The position numbers were made by a program, and so were the translations under genes. DNA of 59,879 nt, counting the filler, from Sphacelaria rigidula (taxonomy: Eukaryota): NCBI GenBank assembly GCA_964200075.2. It is 5 parts of 5 records of this genome, joined end to end, with 100 filler letters (N's around TTAATTAATTAA, not from the genome) between each part and the next. Parts side by side here need not be neighbours in the genome. Positions count along the whole stretch, not along the records: positions 1 to 11,898 come from CAXNAA020004360.1; positions 11,999 to 23,895 come from CAXNAA020004361.1; 3 more parts are not named here. One strand, 5' to 3'. Shown here piece by piece: positions 1 to 12,910 of the stretch (position 1 is the stretch's first letter; the number at the start of each line of letters is the position of its first letter). The notes under the pieces are model-generated. The model was not told where the DNA came from, searched no databases, and was given only the letters and a program-made list of their open reading frames with translations.

Positions 1-485
1 GTGACGTGAGTTAACGCGGTGCGGGAGTGCTGACCCAATCCGCGAGACCAAAATGAAAGGCGCGTACCGGGGGGGAGATGGATTGATCCCTCGAGACCAC
101 GGACTCATCCCGAGGAAGGGAAGGGGTTCAAGGTGCGAGAAAAGAAGAAAAAAGTGGACGTGACGTTGAGGGGTCCCATGGTCCCACGTACCGATTGCCT
201 GCTCGTTTGGTCGCCGGCATATACTCTGATTTGTGTTCTCACGTCGTTTTGATCTTCGGTATTTGGTTTCGAGCAAGATTAACGACCGGCGACCATGTCT
301 CGCTCTCGCATCATGTTGTGTGTCTATCTTTGCGTCTGTCTCGGCCTATGTCATTCTCTGGTTCTCTTGCCTTCCCCATTTTTTATTGCCCCACTTTAAC
401 TATGCATCATGTGCCTTTTCTCCCGTATCATTCTCTCCCTGTACCTCTGTTCATGTGTCACTCCCTCGCCGCGTCTCTCACCCAG

Positions 486-737
486 TGGTATGGAGGAGAG
501 CACAAGGCGCCCGCATTACAGAAGGAGGCGGTGTATGGTCTGACAGAACTTGCGAGGGAAGAAGTGAAAGGAGCAAGACTCGTGGCTAACCCTGGATGCT
601 ACCCGACTGCCGCCCAACTCCCGCTGATAGCCCTGCTGAAGGCCGGTATCATCCTGCCTGAAGATATCATCATCGATGCGAAGTCTGGAACAACGGGCGC
701 CGGCCGTGCGCCGAAACAGGGCACCCTGTTCTGTGAG
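486..737 (+). CDS. argC: N-acetyl-gamma-glutamyl-phosphate reductase, internal exon (5' part of gene is outside this piece)
   Basis: Boundaries cccag|TGG...GAG|gtgagg. Encodes WYGGEH...AVYGLTE...ANPGCYPT (catalytic Cys motif)...DAKSGTTGAGR. 84 codons, phase 0-0. Confidence 0.95.
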
Positions 738-1246
738 GTGAGGGAGGCGGCGCGCGGGGGGGGGGTAAGTATGGTTGGAAGCAGTATACACGGATTCATT
801 TTCCAACCAAACGGACTAAAATAGTAGCTCGGTGCAGGTGAAAATTTTGGAGATAAGAGAGTAGCCACGTTAACGCCCTGCGGGTTATTAGGGCAGATTT
901 TGACCGTGAGCTATGTTGTTGGTGACGTGGCTAATATTCAAACGTACTGCACCCTGCCCAGCTCAAGGTTTTGTCCTCGTCTCGCGGCGCCGTTATCCCT
1001 GACTCTTCGCATCAAGGCTGATTGATGCACGGGTTTTTTTCTCTTCAGGTCCACTGTGATCGCCGTTTTATTTGCGCTTTGAATCAATGTTGTTTACGAC
1101 TGCACCTACCGTCTCGACACGCTCGTAGGTTTTCATTTTTCTGCCGATGTTTATGCTGCCCGAAGCAGTTGATGTGCTAAGTATCCTGCTGGTTGGTGCG
1201 TACTGTAGTTATTTGATCGCCCAATCCTGTGACGATTGCTTGGCAG

Positions 1247-1390
1247 GTTGCCGACGGGATCAACGCGTATGGAGTGGGGATGCATCGCCACGCCCCAGAA
1301 ATCGAGCAAGGGCTCGGCGAAGCCTCTGGCAAGGACGTGATTGTGAACTTTACTCCGCACTTGATGCCCATGTCCAGGGGAATCTTAGAG
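1247..1390 (+). CDS. argC: argC internal exon
   Basis: Boundaries ggcag|GTT...GAG|gtgaga. Encodes [23 protein letters not shown]...[14 protein letters not shown], containing the ArgC HRHxPEI and FTPHLxP motifs. Confidence 0.95.
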
Positions 1391-1892
1391 GTGAGATTTT
1401 TCCTTGGTTGTTCGATCCATCCCAGCTATGGTACACAACAATAGTTGTTTCTCGCGTTGGTGACTTGGGGCTGACTCGACTTCTTCGGAGAGCTGCCCCG
1501 TGAGATGGGGTTGATCATGTGACCTTGAGGTCGTGCTTGAGAATCAATGGAACGGCGTAGCTGCAGTGTTAAGAGTACGTGAATGACAGTTGCTACTGAT
1601 TATTGCCCGTTCGGTTCTGTACGTGTAACTCCGACAGGTTGCCTTGCCAGATGGGGGTTAATATTCGACACCTTCGCATAACAAACCTCCGCGCTTGATT
1701 CTCGCATCGATACAGTGTATGCAGTTCTTCGTCCGCGAAAGATTGGGATATACGGTGCTTTGATTGTTACAATCCGCGCCCACTATGATCCGAATGCCTC
1801 CGATCACAGTCCTTCGTTTTTGCTTCCATCGTCTGTCCGTCCGTCCGTCCGTCCTTTCTCTTGTGCGCGGCCCTTTAAAATACTCCGTTCAG

Positions 1893-2029
1893 ACGATCTA
1901 CGTAAAGTTGTCCGATGGTAAGACGGTGGCCGACGCGAAGGTTGCTCTTGAGAAGGCGTACGCTGACGAGCGGTTTGTAACGGTCCTCCCGGGAGCGGCC
2001 GTCCCGCATACGCGACACGTGCGAGGGAG
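1893..2029 (+). CDS. argC: argC internal exon
   Basis: Boundaries ttcag|ACG...GGG AG|gtaaga. Encodes TIYVKL...AYADERFVTVLPGAAVPHTRHVRG. The phase-2 end joins the next exon to give VRGSN. Confidence 0.93.
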
Positions 2030-2124
2030 GTAAGACGTGAATCGCGACACCGCGCCAAACAAAAACGGAACCTGTTTTACGGCGATGCGTATAGAGAAAG
2101 TTACTGTACGGAAGTAGTGCCGCG

Positions 2125-2320
2125 CTCCAGTGGTGTGGCTGAAACCGATTAGGTCGAAAAAATGCGGGTTCAATTCCCACCGGATGCAATTGGGTTCTTG
2201 TTGAGAAGAACCTGGTACTTGCTGTTGAAAGTGTGAGGGTATGAGTACAGCAGCATTTTTTTCCATTTTTTGACGAGAGTCGATGCCGTGCAGGAGTGTG
2301 CTGATCCAATCCGCGATACA
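2125..2320 (+). repeat. degenerate tRNA-derived SINE-like repeat in argC intron
   Basis: B-box-like gcgggttcaattcccaccggatgca at about 2164-2188. The downstream segment (gtgcaggagtgtgctgatccaatccgcga) resembles positions about 16-50. Confidence 0.35.
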
Positions 2321-3528
2321 GAAGTAGGTGAAGTTGTGCACACGTACAGTATAACTGGCTGACAATGCGGAGTGCGATGCACGTGGGTTGAACACGTCCG
2401 CTTTGCCGATGAAACGCTCAAACTGTAGATAACCCAGAGGCGCAGCGCACATAATCCTATTCCTGATGCTTCCATCCTTTTTTTTTCTCGTTTGCGTGTA
2501 CACAAAATATACCGGGTTGTGATGGTCACGGGCTTTCCAGCCCGGCTTGTGTAATATATATATATATATATATGTCTTCAAGTTCCCGTGACGCTCTCAT
2601 CTTTGTGGACGGGCTTTTACGTCGGGACAGTATTGCCACTGACAGTGCCATGAACAGGTGGGGAGGAATATGGATGTTGTTTCGTGGGATTGGAGGTAAG
2701 TTGCGCCTCTGTGGACCATCACTGAGCCGAGATATTCACAAAACATGAATTCATTTGAATATGATGTGCCGACAGAATGAACCGTCGTGTCCCCTGCACA
2801 GAGCATTTTTTTGTCGTGGCATTTTCGCATGGTCTCGCGCCCAAGGGGTCAATAATGACGAGCGTTCATCAATGCAAGCATACGCGTCGTTCAACATCTA
2901 GTTGAACTCTGTGCCTGTATGCTTGCGTGAGGTGACGCGTTAGTCTGTTCTCCGGGTCTTGCATGTTCACACGGTATGTCTGTGGTGTAGGCGCTGTCGC
3001 GTTGTACAGGTTGGGTCAAGTTAGGTTTTGCCTTCTTGGCGCCATCCGGCGGCGCGCGGGGGAGAGGAGTTACCGAGTTTTTGCCCGGAGTAGGCACTGC
3101 GGGACGTTTCTGGAGGCAGTGACACTCTTAATTGTCTTGTTCCTGTCCCTTTCAAAAATGTGTTGTACTCCATATCGATGGGCCATATCGTTTCGGCAAC
3201 AATTGAACACCTCTATACGGTGGGGTGACTCCTTAGTTCGTACCTGTTGCGTGCGAGCTGTCATGATTTAGGCAAGACCATTCGGTCCGTACCGTTTTCA
3301 CCCCCTCTCTTCCCCTAGCGAGCCCTCGATGGCGTTGGCGTCGGTTAGCGATGATGCTATGTAAGACGCCACTCACTGCGTAAGCTAGGCAACCAGATTA
3401 CCGATGTTTTTGCGCGCTTGCTTTTTTTTCTGCGGTAATCATGATGGTAATCGAGCTTAATCATGTTGTGCGGTGTGGGAGAACCTCAACTCTGCACAGT
3501 GGCGATGTTCGTACTACATCGTGAGTCA

Positions 3529-3775
3529 ATGGTGAGACACCCATGAGGCAGTGTAATAAGCCGTGGTTGTCTCTGGAAGTGGCAATACCAGAAAATAAAA
3601 CAACTCCTTGGAGGCTGCCATCCAAGTGCAAGACAAGCAGTAGACTTCGGGCCGAACAATCTTAGCAGGATGCAGCTCACCCTTCATGCTACTCGCCGGA
3701 CACACAACGGTGCTTCACGCTTGGTGATTGAGGTGGAGCCTGGTCCGGTGAACACCCGGCGTGCTCCGTCCCGGC
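3529..3775 (-). repeat. dispersed repeat (partial copy of the non-LTR/SINE-like element at 17189-17656)
   Basis: About 245 bp alignable by eye with 17412-17656 (cccatgaggcag...tctctggaagtggc...gcaggatgcag...cccggcgtgctccgtc). Confidence 0.85.
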
Positions 3776-3894
3776 TTTGTAGGGATGTGAGGTCAATGAT
3801 CTCAAGACTATGGCATGCATTATCATGAGTACACCCCTCCTCCCCCCCTCCTCATTGCCAACGATTGACGTCTCCTTGATTTTTTCTTCTGCAG

Positions 3895-4066
3895 TAACCA
3901 TGTCTTCATGAACATAATCGAGGACCGCCTGCCAGGCCGCGCCATGGTGTTGGTGTCTATGGACAACCTTGTCAAGGGAGCCAGCGGGCAGGCGATACAA
4001 AATATGAACGTCATGTTCGGGCTCCCAGAGGCCCGAGGAGTGGACATGGCGCCAATGTTCCCCTGA
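3895..4066 (+). CDS. argC: argC terminal exon
   Basis: Boundary tgcag|T AAC... Encodes (S)[59 protein letters not shown], with the hallmark DNLxKGAxGQA motif. Missed by the ORF track. Confidence 0.95.
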
Positions 4067-5429
4067 CGGGTACTGTTTATTATTGTAGTCATGTTCACTG
4101 TGATTGGGCAGCACAGTTAGGTGGTCCGGGGCTATGGTGCATGTCGCTGCGTAATTGAAATAAATACTGTAGTATGTGCTGGAGTTTTCCGCCCCTGATT
4201 TTTATCACCGTGCGAAGATCTAGGGGGGGGTCTATGAGTAGTTATCGCCGTGGTTATTTTGCTGCGACCTCTCGAATATTTTTTTTGTGAGTGGATAACA
4301 AACGGCGGGATAAAGCTCGCTGCGTGGTCGCCCATGCGTCTGCAGCCCTAATTGACGGCAAGTGGTTCACCTTTGCCCCGCCTGTACGTGAATGCGTAAG
4401 TTTTTAGCTTTTGAAAAAGGAACCACCACAGCGTCACAGATAAACATGATGAATGTTGAGCACTACTGTAGTTTGCAATTGACGCGGGCGCGATCACCGA
4501 GCGGCGGCAGCGACCGTGCTGTTTTTTGTTGAGCCTGTGTCTGTCTACGCGTTTGTGTTTTGTGGCTCGATTGTTGAACCTTTTTCTGCACCGGTAGAAG
4601 TACGGTTGCGTTGTGGCTAGGATAGTGCCTACATGAAGAGTGCACTTGTGTGGTGGTGAGACAGATGGACCGCGACTAAGATTGCTGCATCTTTGCGATA
4701 CTGCACTCGTCTTCTTTGCTTGGCGTCGGGTTGCACAATACAGTGTCCTCTTATTTTGTTCCTATACTGAGTCGTTTGAAGTTGTCCCCCGGGCTCTTCG
4801 GCAATAATAGCAGTGTCGCAACAGGATAGACTGGGATTGATTCGAGTAGATGCTCCGAACGCGCCTCCATATGCTCGCGGTGGGTCTGGAATATCAAGTC
4901 TGGAGACTTGATACAGATCTAACGAGGAGCTCATGGCAGTTGTGTACCAGATTCACAACATAGCGACCGTGATGAAGCAGATGACCGCTGCGGACAGCAT
5001 CGCGTCGTTGATGGAAATGAATCATAGGGGACTGACCGTGACGATATTTTCGACGACGAATTGCCGGCTGCTTTGGCGCTGCCTCCTGTCCTCGCGATGC
5101 AGTGTCTGATGGCCATGCCATAGGCCCTCTGTGCGACACGGTGCGTTTGCTATTTATTCTGCCTTCTACACAGTTCGCTTGCAATCTGCAAGTGTGTCCA
5201 TGACCAAAGGATGACCCCCTCCGAAAAGTCGCGCTTGCCAGCTGGCGTGAAACTTGAACTCCATAGGAAGTGTTGTGAAAAAAAAAAGGAAAGAAAGAAC
5301 AGATATACATATTAATATACATTTATCCAACAGTCATACAGCCCCCCCTCAAACTACCGCATTTGTCCAACCCCGTAAGGGGTATTATGGACAGGACTTT
5401 CCTCCCCGAGTTTTCCCACGTGTCCCAAA

Positions 5430-8300
5430 AAATTGAAGTTTTTATCTCCGACTTCTCCAAAAGTAAAATTGCTGGAAAAAATCCGACGCCAGATTGTCGA
5501 AGGTGTCTGTAGCCAGTCTTGAAATGATATATTGCTTGACCCGGTGAAGATATCTGCTCTCCCGTTTTCCGGAGACGGTCGTTTTTGAGAACAGGTCGGT
5601 GATTTCGTCTGAGAAAGTCTCTTCAATAAAACCATGAAAGGGGGGTTTAATCGTCCGCGTCTCACATCGACTTCTCTGCTATTATATTTATATTTGTACG
5701 GAATACGAAGTATCTCGACGGCCCAATGTTCGAGCTTGCTTATGGTGATGAAAATATCACCAAATAATCTGCGCCATCATGTTCACCTGGAAGGGCACGG
5801 TGTGCGCGCTGATTTGAAGAAATCAAGCAACGCAACCCGGATATATTTGTGTGCTGCACCCTATGTTGCTGGTGTCATTATTCGATGATTTGCTGGCAAT
5901 TTTTTCCGATTGATCCATACGGATGTTGAACAACAACAGAAGATGTTATCTAGCGCGCTCTCTTTCTTCGCCCGTCTGCTGTCTCATCGGTGACAGTGTT
6001 CATTATGTCTTCTACAGACTTTAGGCATTTGCACAAATGCATCATTCCCTCCTTCCTGTTTCATCCTCCTCTGTTTATCGATTTTCCTCCAGAGGGCGTT
6101 TCCATTCGTTTTTGTCAAGTTCAGGTACAGTGTCTTGTTATCGTGAGCCGATCCCGAGTCTGTAGCACAACAATTCGCGACGATCGAGCAATAGATCACT
6201 TCCAACAAATAGGGTTAACTCTAAGTAAATTAAAAAAAAAACGTACGAAGCGTTATCATGGCCGAGTTTAAAAACGGCACCCAAAATAAATGAGGACCCG
6301 TTCGAAATGGGGGAAATAACTGAAACATTGGCCATGACCACCGGGATTCACCCAAGTTGGTTGATCAAATATTTAGAGATAAAACAACAAAAACGTGTGA
6401 GTTGATCTTCACAGCATCGGCTTCGGCACGCAGTCAGCGGAGCAGCTCTTGTGAGAAGCCGAGTTTTCAAACCAAGGCGATGATGAGAATGAATAGTATA
6501 AGACTATGTTGCCGAGCGGTTTCATCTATGCATCAACACCACGTACATCATCAATGTGCCGCCTTGCCAACAAGGTATGCGTATGGGTGCCCTACACTAC
6601 GGAGGATAACACCCGCGGTTGATCACCCTTTCCACTTCGATTTTATTGAACGTTTCTATGGCCATGTATGGGACGTGAAATCGTTCACAATCTCTCGCCT
6701 GTCAAAATACTTGAAATATTTCCATCTTTAGGGGCTTCGAGGTCTTGGTTAATGAGAAAAGCACGGTAAAACAACTTGTCACACGGGGGTGTTATAGTCC
6801 GTGCTGCCCACGGTTACTGATGATACTGTATTTGTGTTCTGGGCTGCCGGGGGCTACGTGTGCTATTTCGTGTCGTTCTCGCGACGTAAGGGTTGTACCA
6901 ACTTGGCTGAATCAGGTCCACTCGATTGCGGATACATGGGCGAGTTGGGGGCAGGCTCGCTCGATTTAAAAGAGGAGCAACGTTGAGAGCTCTGTACATT
7001 TGGCAGATGTTCAGGTGTACTTGCGCATGACACCGTACTGGCAGTTCCGCACCTGTTCTTGTATGTGTCACTATCTGTAGCGCTGGTATCTGTACGCGTA
7101 CTCGTTGCCACAGCATCTTTCATTACCTAAGTTGGCGCGATAAGCATATAAGGCGGCTTGCTCGGTGAAAAAATCACCCCCCGAGCGTTCAACAATCACC
7201 ATGCACTCACTGCACTCAATACAGGGTGATTTGCACCACCACGTACGTACCGTAGACAACGACTGGAAATCCTTCAAATACAGTACGCCATGAAGACATC
7301 GTCCCGGCCGTATCGTACCTGCCATCATTTTCTGTCGCTTTTTTTTTTCGCCCGCCTTTGTTCTTGCTCCGTGGCGCGGTCTGTTTTTGTATCCATCTTG
7401 CTCGAATGTAGATCACTCGCCATTAAGGAGTTTGCCACCGACTCCACCGGTGGGGGGGCAGGAGGGCTGCCTTCTGACGAGGATGCTGCGGCTGCAGCGA
7501 GAAGTGGGTATACGCATGCTCCCTTGTACCGTGTTGCGGTGATGCGTACGGGTATTACAATCGCGACCTTGGCGACACAAATCAAGATAATAAGCCGCAC
7601 ATGTCCCGCTTGTGTGTTCAGTGGTGTGCTGTAGTGTGCCGCCACTCGTTTTTGCGGCTTTTCAATTTTCCACGACGCCCTCTTTACGTCGAGGTTGAGA
7701 AGAGCGGGGGCAAGCTCTGTGCGTGCATCACTTTCCTGGGCCCAAATTCTCGGAAAGGCCAGAAGAAATCCAAAATACGAACATATCAAACAGCGACAGC
7801 CAGACGAAATTCTTCGATCAATGAGCAACCCTGTCAGCGTCGATATTTTCCCCACAATGCCGTTGCAGTACAACTGCTGGACACTGAGCAAGTGATTCCA
7901 CACACGATGGTTTCTCCCATATTGCCTACTTCCTCTGTGCCATAAGTGAAGGTCCTCATGATTGCACGAACCCCCTAACGGTGTGATATTATATTCCGAT
8001 TTTTTTATTGCAATCGTCGGCGTTTTTTAAAAGTAAATCCAACATTTTTTCTACAAGGTGGGTGCTTGACCCGTGCAGCCGTGCGGCCGAGGAAAGTAGG
8101 TCGGTCCAAAACGGCCGTTTTTCGCTCGTTTTCCCAAGGAACATTCTCTACTTCTCCGAAAACTCTGAGAGTAGGTTTCATCACCTGTTCAGGCAATAGA
8201 TCCATCCAAGATTGACGATTGATTTTTCCGGAAAGCTAGCGCCGGATTTGTTGTCAACTTTTTTTTTCCACGGAGGAGTCGGAGAATAATCCAACTTTTC
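5430..8300 (-). mobile_element. highly decayed DNA transposon, possibly hAT-like
   Basis: Imperfect inverted similarity between about 5435-5495 and about 8235-8300. Broken minus-strand reading WRRLFGDIFITISKLEHWAVEILRIP near 5700-5780 resembles the hAT C-terminal dimerisation motif. Confidence 0.3.
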
Positions 8301-8392
8301 GGAAAAGTAGAAACAATGCGAAGAAGAAAAGAAAATGTCCGCTAAATAATGCTCTTGAGCTCAATTCCCTTTTCCGAAATGTGTTTGCTTAG

Positions 8393-8518
8393 GAGCGGCC
8401 CTGCTCAAACGATATGGTGACCGGACGACATCCGAGCCTGTGGCGGTGGAAGCGGCGGCAGAGGATGCCGAGGGTGCGGCGAAGGAAGAAGCAGATCACA
8501 ACGAGATTTGGGGTGACT
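8393..8518 (+). CDS. candidate orphan exon, unknown protein
   Basis: Boundaries ttag|GA...CT|gtaagt, 126 nt, phase 1-1. Open frame AALLKRYGDRTTSEPVAVEAAAEDAEGAAKEEADHNEIWGD. Confidence 0.3.
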
Positions 8519-10779
8519 GTAAGTTTTTTTTTTTCATCACCTATTTTTCAGTCTGCACCTCGTGAACATCGTTTCTCTTTCCGGAGGACGGGGCCAGCCA
8601 GACGACATTTAGTTGTTTCTTCCGGGGTAGGAACACAACTTGCTTGCAGTATTACCCTTGGTCGGTCGCACTCGTGTATTAAAGAGGTGCTGCGGTGGGA
8701 AATAACTACTCACAGTGATGACGTAAAATTTGGCACACCTGCTGCCAACTTGCCACAGAGCGAACAATGTTGCAATAGGCGTTGCATAACAAGAACCCTT
8801 CCTCACCATGACAAGCATACTTTCACAAGGCATCGATAACAATTGTCATATCGTACTGAATTAAAGTAAATATACAATTCGGCCATCATCAGGTGACATA
8901 TACCATCGATCACCACCCAATATAACACGACCAAGCTAAACTCGAGAGGATTGGTTTAGATTATAACTGTTTTCTCCTTCTACGTTACGTGAAAAACCTC
9001 GAAGCCCATCATGGATGACAGGTTGAGCCAAAAAAAAAGCCCTGTATTTTCCTCTTCTTCCTCGCACACCTCGAGTAGAGCCTTGCCAACGATAACTTGG
9101 ACCTACGGCACCGCACTAACCCGCCCATTAGAGTTGTCACTCCAGTTTTGGTGCAAACAAGCAATTTATTGAATGCATTTAGTGCACGCCATCATATGAA
9201 TCTTCACAGCGCCAGCAGACCAAAAGTGTTCACCCGGCGTACGCGCAGCGTGGACAACATGCGTCTTGGCTTTTAGTCGGTGCGTCAGGCGCCGGTTTGA
9301 GCCAACACTTGGTATACAAGGCGCGTCTTTGTTTAGGGCACACGCTGTGCACATCCCTGGCCCGAAGGTTCTTGGTCTTCCTTGATATGTTTTCTTGGGG
9401 GTTTGTAGGGGTACGAGTAGCCTTTATGATTGACAAAAACGACGTATATGTCAACCACCGTGTTTTCGTTTCGCCGAAGTGGGGCAGGTGAACCCGCCTC
9501 AACCCGCATTGCCCGAGGGTTTTCTCTCCGGCTGGCTCGAGTTTGGGTTCGGCCACAGAGTCGCCATTGTAGACCGTTTCTCTCAAGAAAGAAGCCTGTA
9601 GGCAGGTTGGTCCTTCAGTTTTCCGTGGCCAATGCATGCAATGCGGAGGAGTGCTTTTTGTGATTACCCATGATTCTCCCGACCATATTTTCCGTCTTTC
9701 ATAGTTTTTGCATGCGCGCGACTCTTTTCATGACCCGGCAGACGTACAGTATATGCAACATCAGCGAAAAAAAGGATGGAAGACGTGAACAGAGGACCAG
9801 ACCAAGCGAGCAGCATAGCGAGAGGCCACTCGAAAATCGTTCACTATATTCTAGATTTCCCGAGTAAACAACTTCGATTCAAGGATCGTATGCTTGGTAT
9901 GCGGTGCGGCACCCTCTGCAGTAGCATGGAACGCGCTACGGTACCCTATTCCTTTGAGTACAAGGACCAAGAACTGTGTGTTTACCTGTGTGTTTGGACA
10001 AATCCTGGGAACTGCTTCGTACCCCGGTTGTTACATTCTATACCAAGCCAGTCTGTTCTCGTGTTCGGTCATGTGTGGTGTTTACGTGGCCTGCTCAAGC
10101 TGCTGAGGTGGGAGCAAGGCCTCGCTGCGCTTTTCTCTATGTTTGCCTGGTCACTTGGGACCTCGAGCATTCTACAGAACCTGCTGTGATGATAAGCTGA
10201 GAGTCAGAACGGGTTGGGGTCGTTCAGTATGGAGGGTCATGTACGGCCAAGTACGGTACGGCAACAAAGTGAATATCACGACCGTTTTTGCTTCGTGGTT
10301 GTTGGTGTTTATTGCCGGAAGGTTCAACGAGTAGGGCAATGCGTACATTTGCATCTGGTGCGGCGATTCGACGTTTACGCCGATTGATTGTGTTGTGTTT
10401 TGTTCGTCTAGGGTGAGCAGTTTCCTTTGTAAAACCTGTACGTAATGCGACCGTTTTGTCTTGTCGCTCGTCGATAGAATGCATGTATAAGTAATTCATG
10501 GATGGGAGGAACGCTCAAAATGAGCTGTGAATTGTAAAAAAAATATTTAGTTTTTGTGGAAACCAGGTGTTCGCGAGTTTGATCAGTCGTCACAGAGACG
10601 TCAAGGTGTCTATAGTCTATATAATGGACACGTGCGAATAGTAGAATTTCTGTGTTGAGACCAACAAACATTCGTCAGTGTCAATACACAGCTGCAATGT
10701 AACAAAATCGATCATCATGGGTACCAATACATACTGCATTCTGTCCGTGCAAATGTAGACCGTTGGACCTTTTTCCCCG

Positions 10780-11240
10780 GTGTTTTTTTCCGGGGGGAGG
10801 CGCGAGTTCTTCAGTTTTGGGGCATTTGACACGGTTTTTGGACCCCAAATGAGGAATATCATCATGATCTTTCTTCGAAAATTTGCATCACCTCACTGAG
10901 AGGAGTCAAGCTAACTTTTCCGATTCGCTTGGCTCTCGAGGTTTCGAGATTGGCGTCTGAACAAAAATCCAGTTAGCTATTATGGAGATAAAGAAATGTG
11001 GTTTCGCAGTGATGTGTGATGATTTTCATTTTTTCCACATCGTGCTCACTTTTTCATGTCCAATGGTTTTTTGTTCAGAGGCCATGGTCGAAACGTCGGA
11101 CCCAAGATGTCGGGAAAGTGGGCGGCTAGACTTCAGTCGGTGGGGCAATGCAAAGTGTCCAAGACATCTGATTTCCTGTTGAGGACCCAAAAACTGCATA
11201 AAATGCCCCAAAGCTGAAAATCCCCCGCCCCTAAAAAACA
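10780..11240. mobile_element. diverged copy of the foldback MITE family seen at 32162-32591
   Basis: gcatcacctcactgagaggag...gattcgcttggctctcgaggtttcgagattggc matches 32277-32346. A weaker inverted counterpart lies at about 11095-11235. Confidence 0.6.
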
Positions 11241-11694
11241 TGTGCAAGATCATGAGTACTCCCCCCCCCCTACCCAACCATGAAAAACAAATAATACTAC
11301 CGTAAATAACATTTTGCAACCACCCTTCAATATATGTTTTCAATAATTTCTTCGTGCTATGACCATCTTTCAGCTATGAGCGTGATATACAGGGGGTTGT
11401 TAAAGCACGCAACTCCACGCGCGGGAGAGCAGGGGCATGAACAGTACGTGAATGGAATGCAATGCCCTAGTAAACGGCACGGAGCGAACCGACATGCTAT
11501 ATATATTTTGCTCTCTTCGTTCCTGTGGCCTCTTTTTCCTCGTCGAACTTCACCCTCACTCGCGCGGAGCGGTCCCCTTGAGCGATTGCGAGGTGAAGTG
11601 ATTTTATGGAGAGAAGCCGACATGCGCACATACTTTCTCGCCGGGGGCTTCTCGTCAGTAGGCGGGGGACGGGGGGGGGGCGTATACTCATTTG

Positions 11695-11764
11695 ATGCTT
11701 GCCTCAGTCGTTTGACCACTGACCACCCATCCTCTTCGAGACGGAGCACCGTCCCTACTCCTAA
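11695..11764 (-). repeat. short dispersed repeat (other copies about 14096-14140 and 35818-35887)
   Basis: Reverse complement of taggagtaggaacggtgctccgtctcgaaagggatgcgtggtcaatggtcaaacgactaaggcaagca at 35819-35886. Confidence 0.8.
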
Positions 11765-11898
11765 GAGAAACACCTCCAACATTCCCGCGCTCATTACGTT
11801 TCTTCTATACATGACACAAGAACCTTTTACATATCTTATCCCCGTCCTGTTTCGCCGTCTCTGGCCACCATCTATCTACTAGTAGAGCCATCGTTTTC

Positions 11899-11998
11899 NN
11901 NNNNNNNNNNNNNNNNNNNNNNNNNNNNNNNNNNNNNNNNNNTTAATTAATTAANNNNNNNNNNNNNNNNNNNNNNNNNNNNNNNNNNNNNNNNNNNN
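11899..11998. other. artificial contig-joining spacer
   Basis: N44-TTAATTAATTAA-N44, which places stop codons in all six frames. Confidence 0.97.
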
Positions 11999-12177
11999 GG
12001 TCACCGATGCTTATTTCTGAAAACTCTGGAAATGCAGTCCCGGGACTGACCCTCTCTCTCCTCCCCCCCCCCCCCCCCCCCTCTCATGCTTTGGTGCTAC
12101 ACCCGGTCAACTGGACTTCCCCTTTCCCCCGTGGGTTTACTTTTTCTCCTCTTGGGGTGTACTCGTACTCTCCGCAG

Positions 12178-12272
12178 AACCAGCTGCAGATGGATAATTG
12201 GGAGGGCATGGGTGTTGGGCTTGCTAGCGACCTGACTTCCTCCGCGAGTGCTGCAATAAGCACCATTCGAAG
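12178..12272 (+). CDS. COG4: COG4 exon (probable)
   Basis: Boundaries ccgcag|AAC...CGA AG|gtcagc. Encodes NQLQMDNWEGMGVGLASDLTSSASAAISTIR. The phase-2 end matches the next exon. Confidence 0.65.
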
Positions 12273-12910
12273 GTCAGCTTGTGTTCGTTTCACGATGACA
12301 TTCAGCCTTTGCGTTTGTTGTTCTGTCTGAATGATTTTCTACGACAGCGTGGTCAGACAGGATATATTAGTAAGGGTATGTGTAGTACTTCGTACACCAG
12401 CAGCGATTTTGAAAAATGTTGAGTTTGCTATTGCGGTGCTCTTGGTGGTCGCTTTCCCTGATCGTGCATACCCTGATCGTGCATAGAGCGCGGGCACAGA
12501 AGAGGGAAGTGTTGAGCTCATCTTTGTCCGGTACGAGTAAACGTAAGCTGTAATCATCATCGTGTAGTCGCTCATGGCGCCCGTGGTGTAATATCGCGTG
12601 CCGATGTCAAAAGTACGTTTTGTCGTCGCGAGATAAAATGGTTCCATCGAAATATTTTCGGATATCTGCGCACCAGGTTGCTTCTCAACACTCACTGCCC
12701 CGCTTCTCCTGTCACACACGAAAGTGTTATCACAGGGGTTCTATAATATACTCCAGCGACCTGACAAAATACCAAAGATCCATCCCTCCTGCATGAATTC
12801 ATCATCGTCGCTATTCCCCCCACCACATGTACGCGGTATGACGAATCGCTTTCGTTGTGCTGTTGTTCCTTCATTGCCGCATCTGAACAATTGTCCGTTC
12901 GCAAAACCAG

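Noticed and set aside
195-485. N-terminal extension of argC in ORF 195..824
   Set aside because: Pyrimidine-rich intron sequence ending in cag at 485, with no ArgC similarity.
486-4066. argC as bacterial contamination or recent horizontal transfer
   Set aside because: It is split by canonical GT-AG introns containing host repeats, and arginine biosynthesis is ordinary in algae.
11943-11954. TTAATTAATTAA palindrome recurring every 12 kb as a biological periodic signal
   Set aside because: It is always centred in N44 flanks and is an assembly linker.
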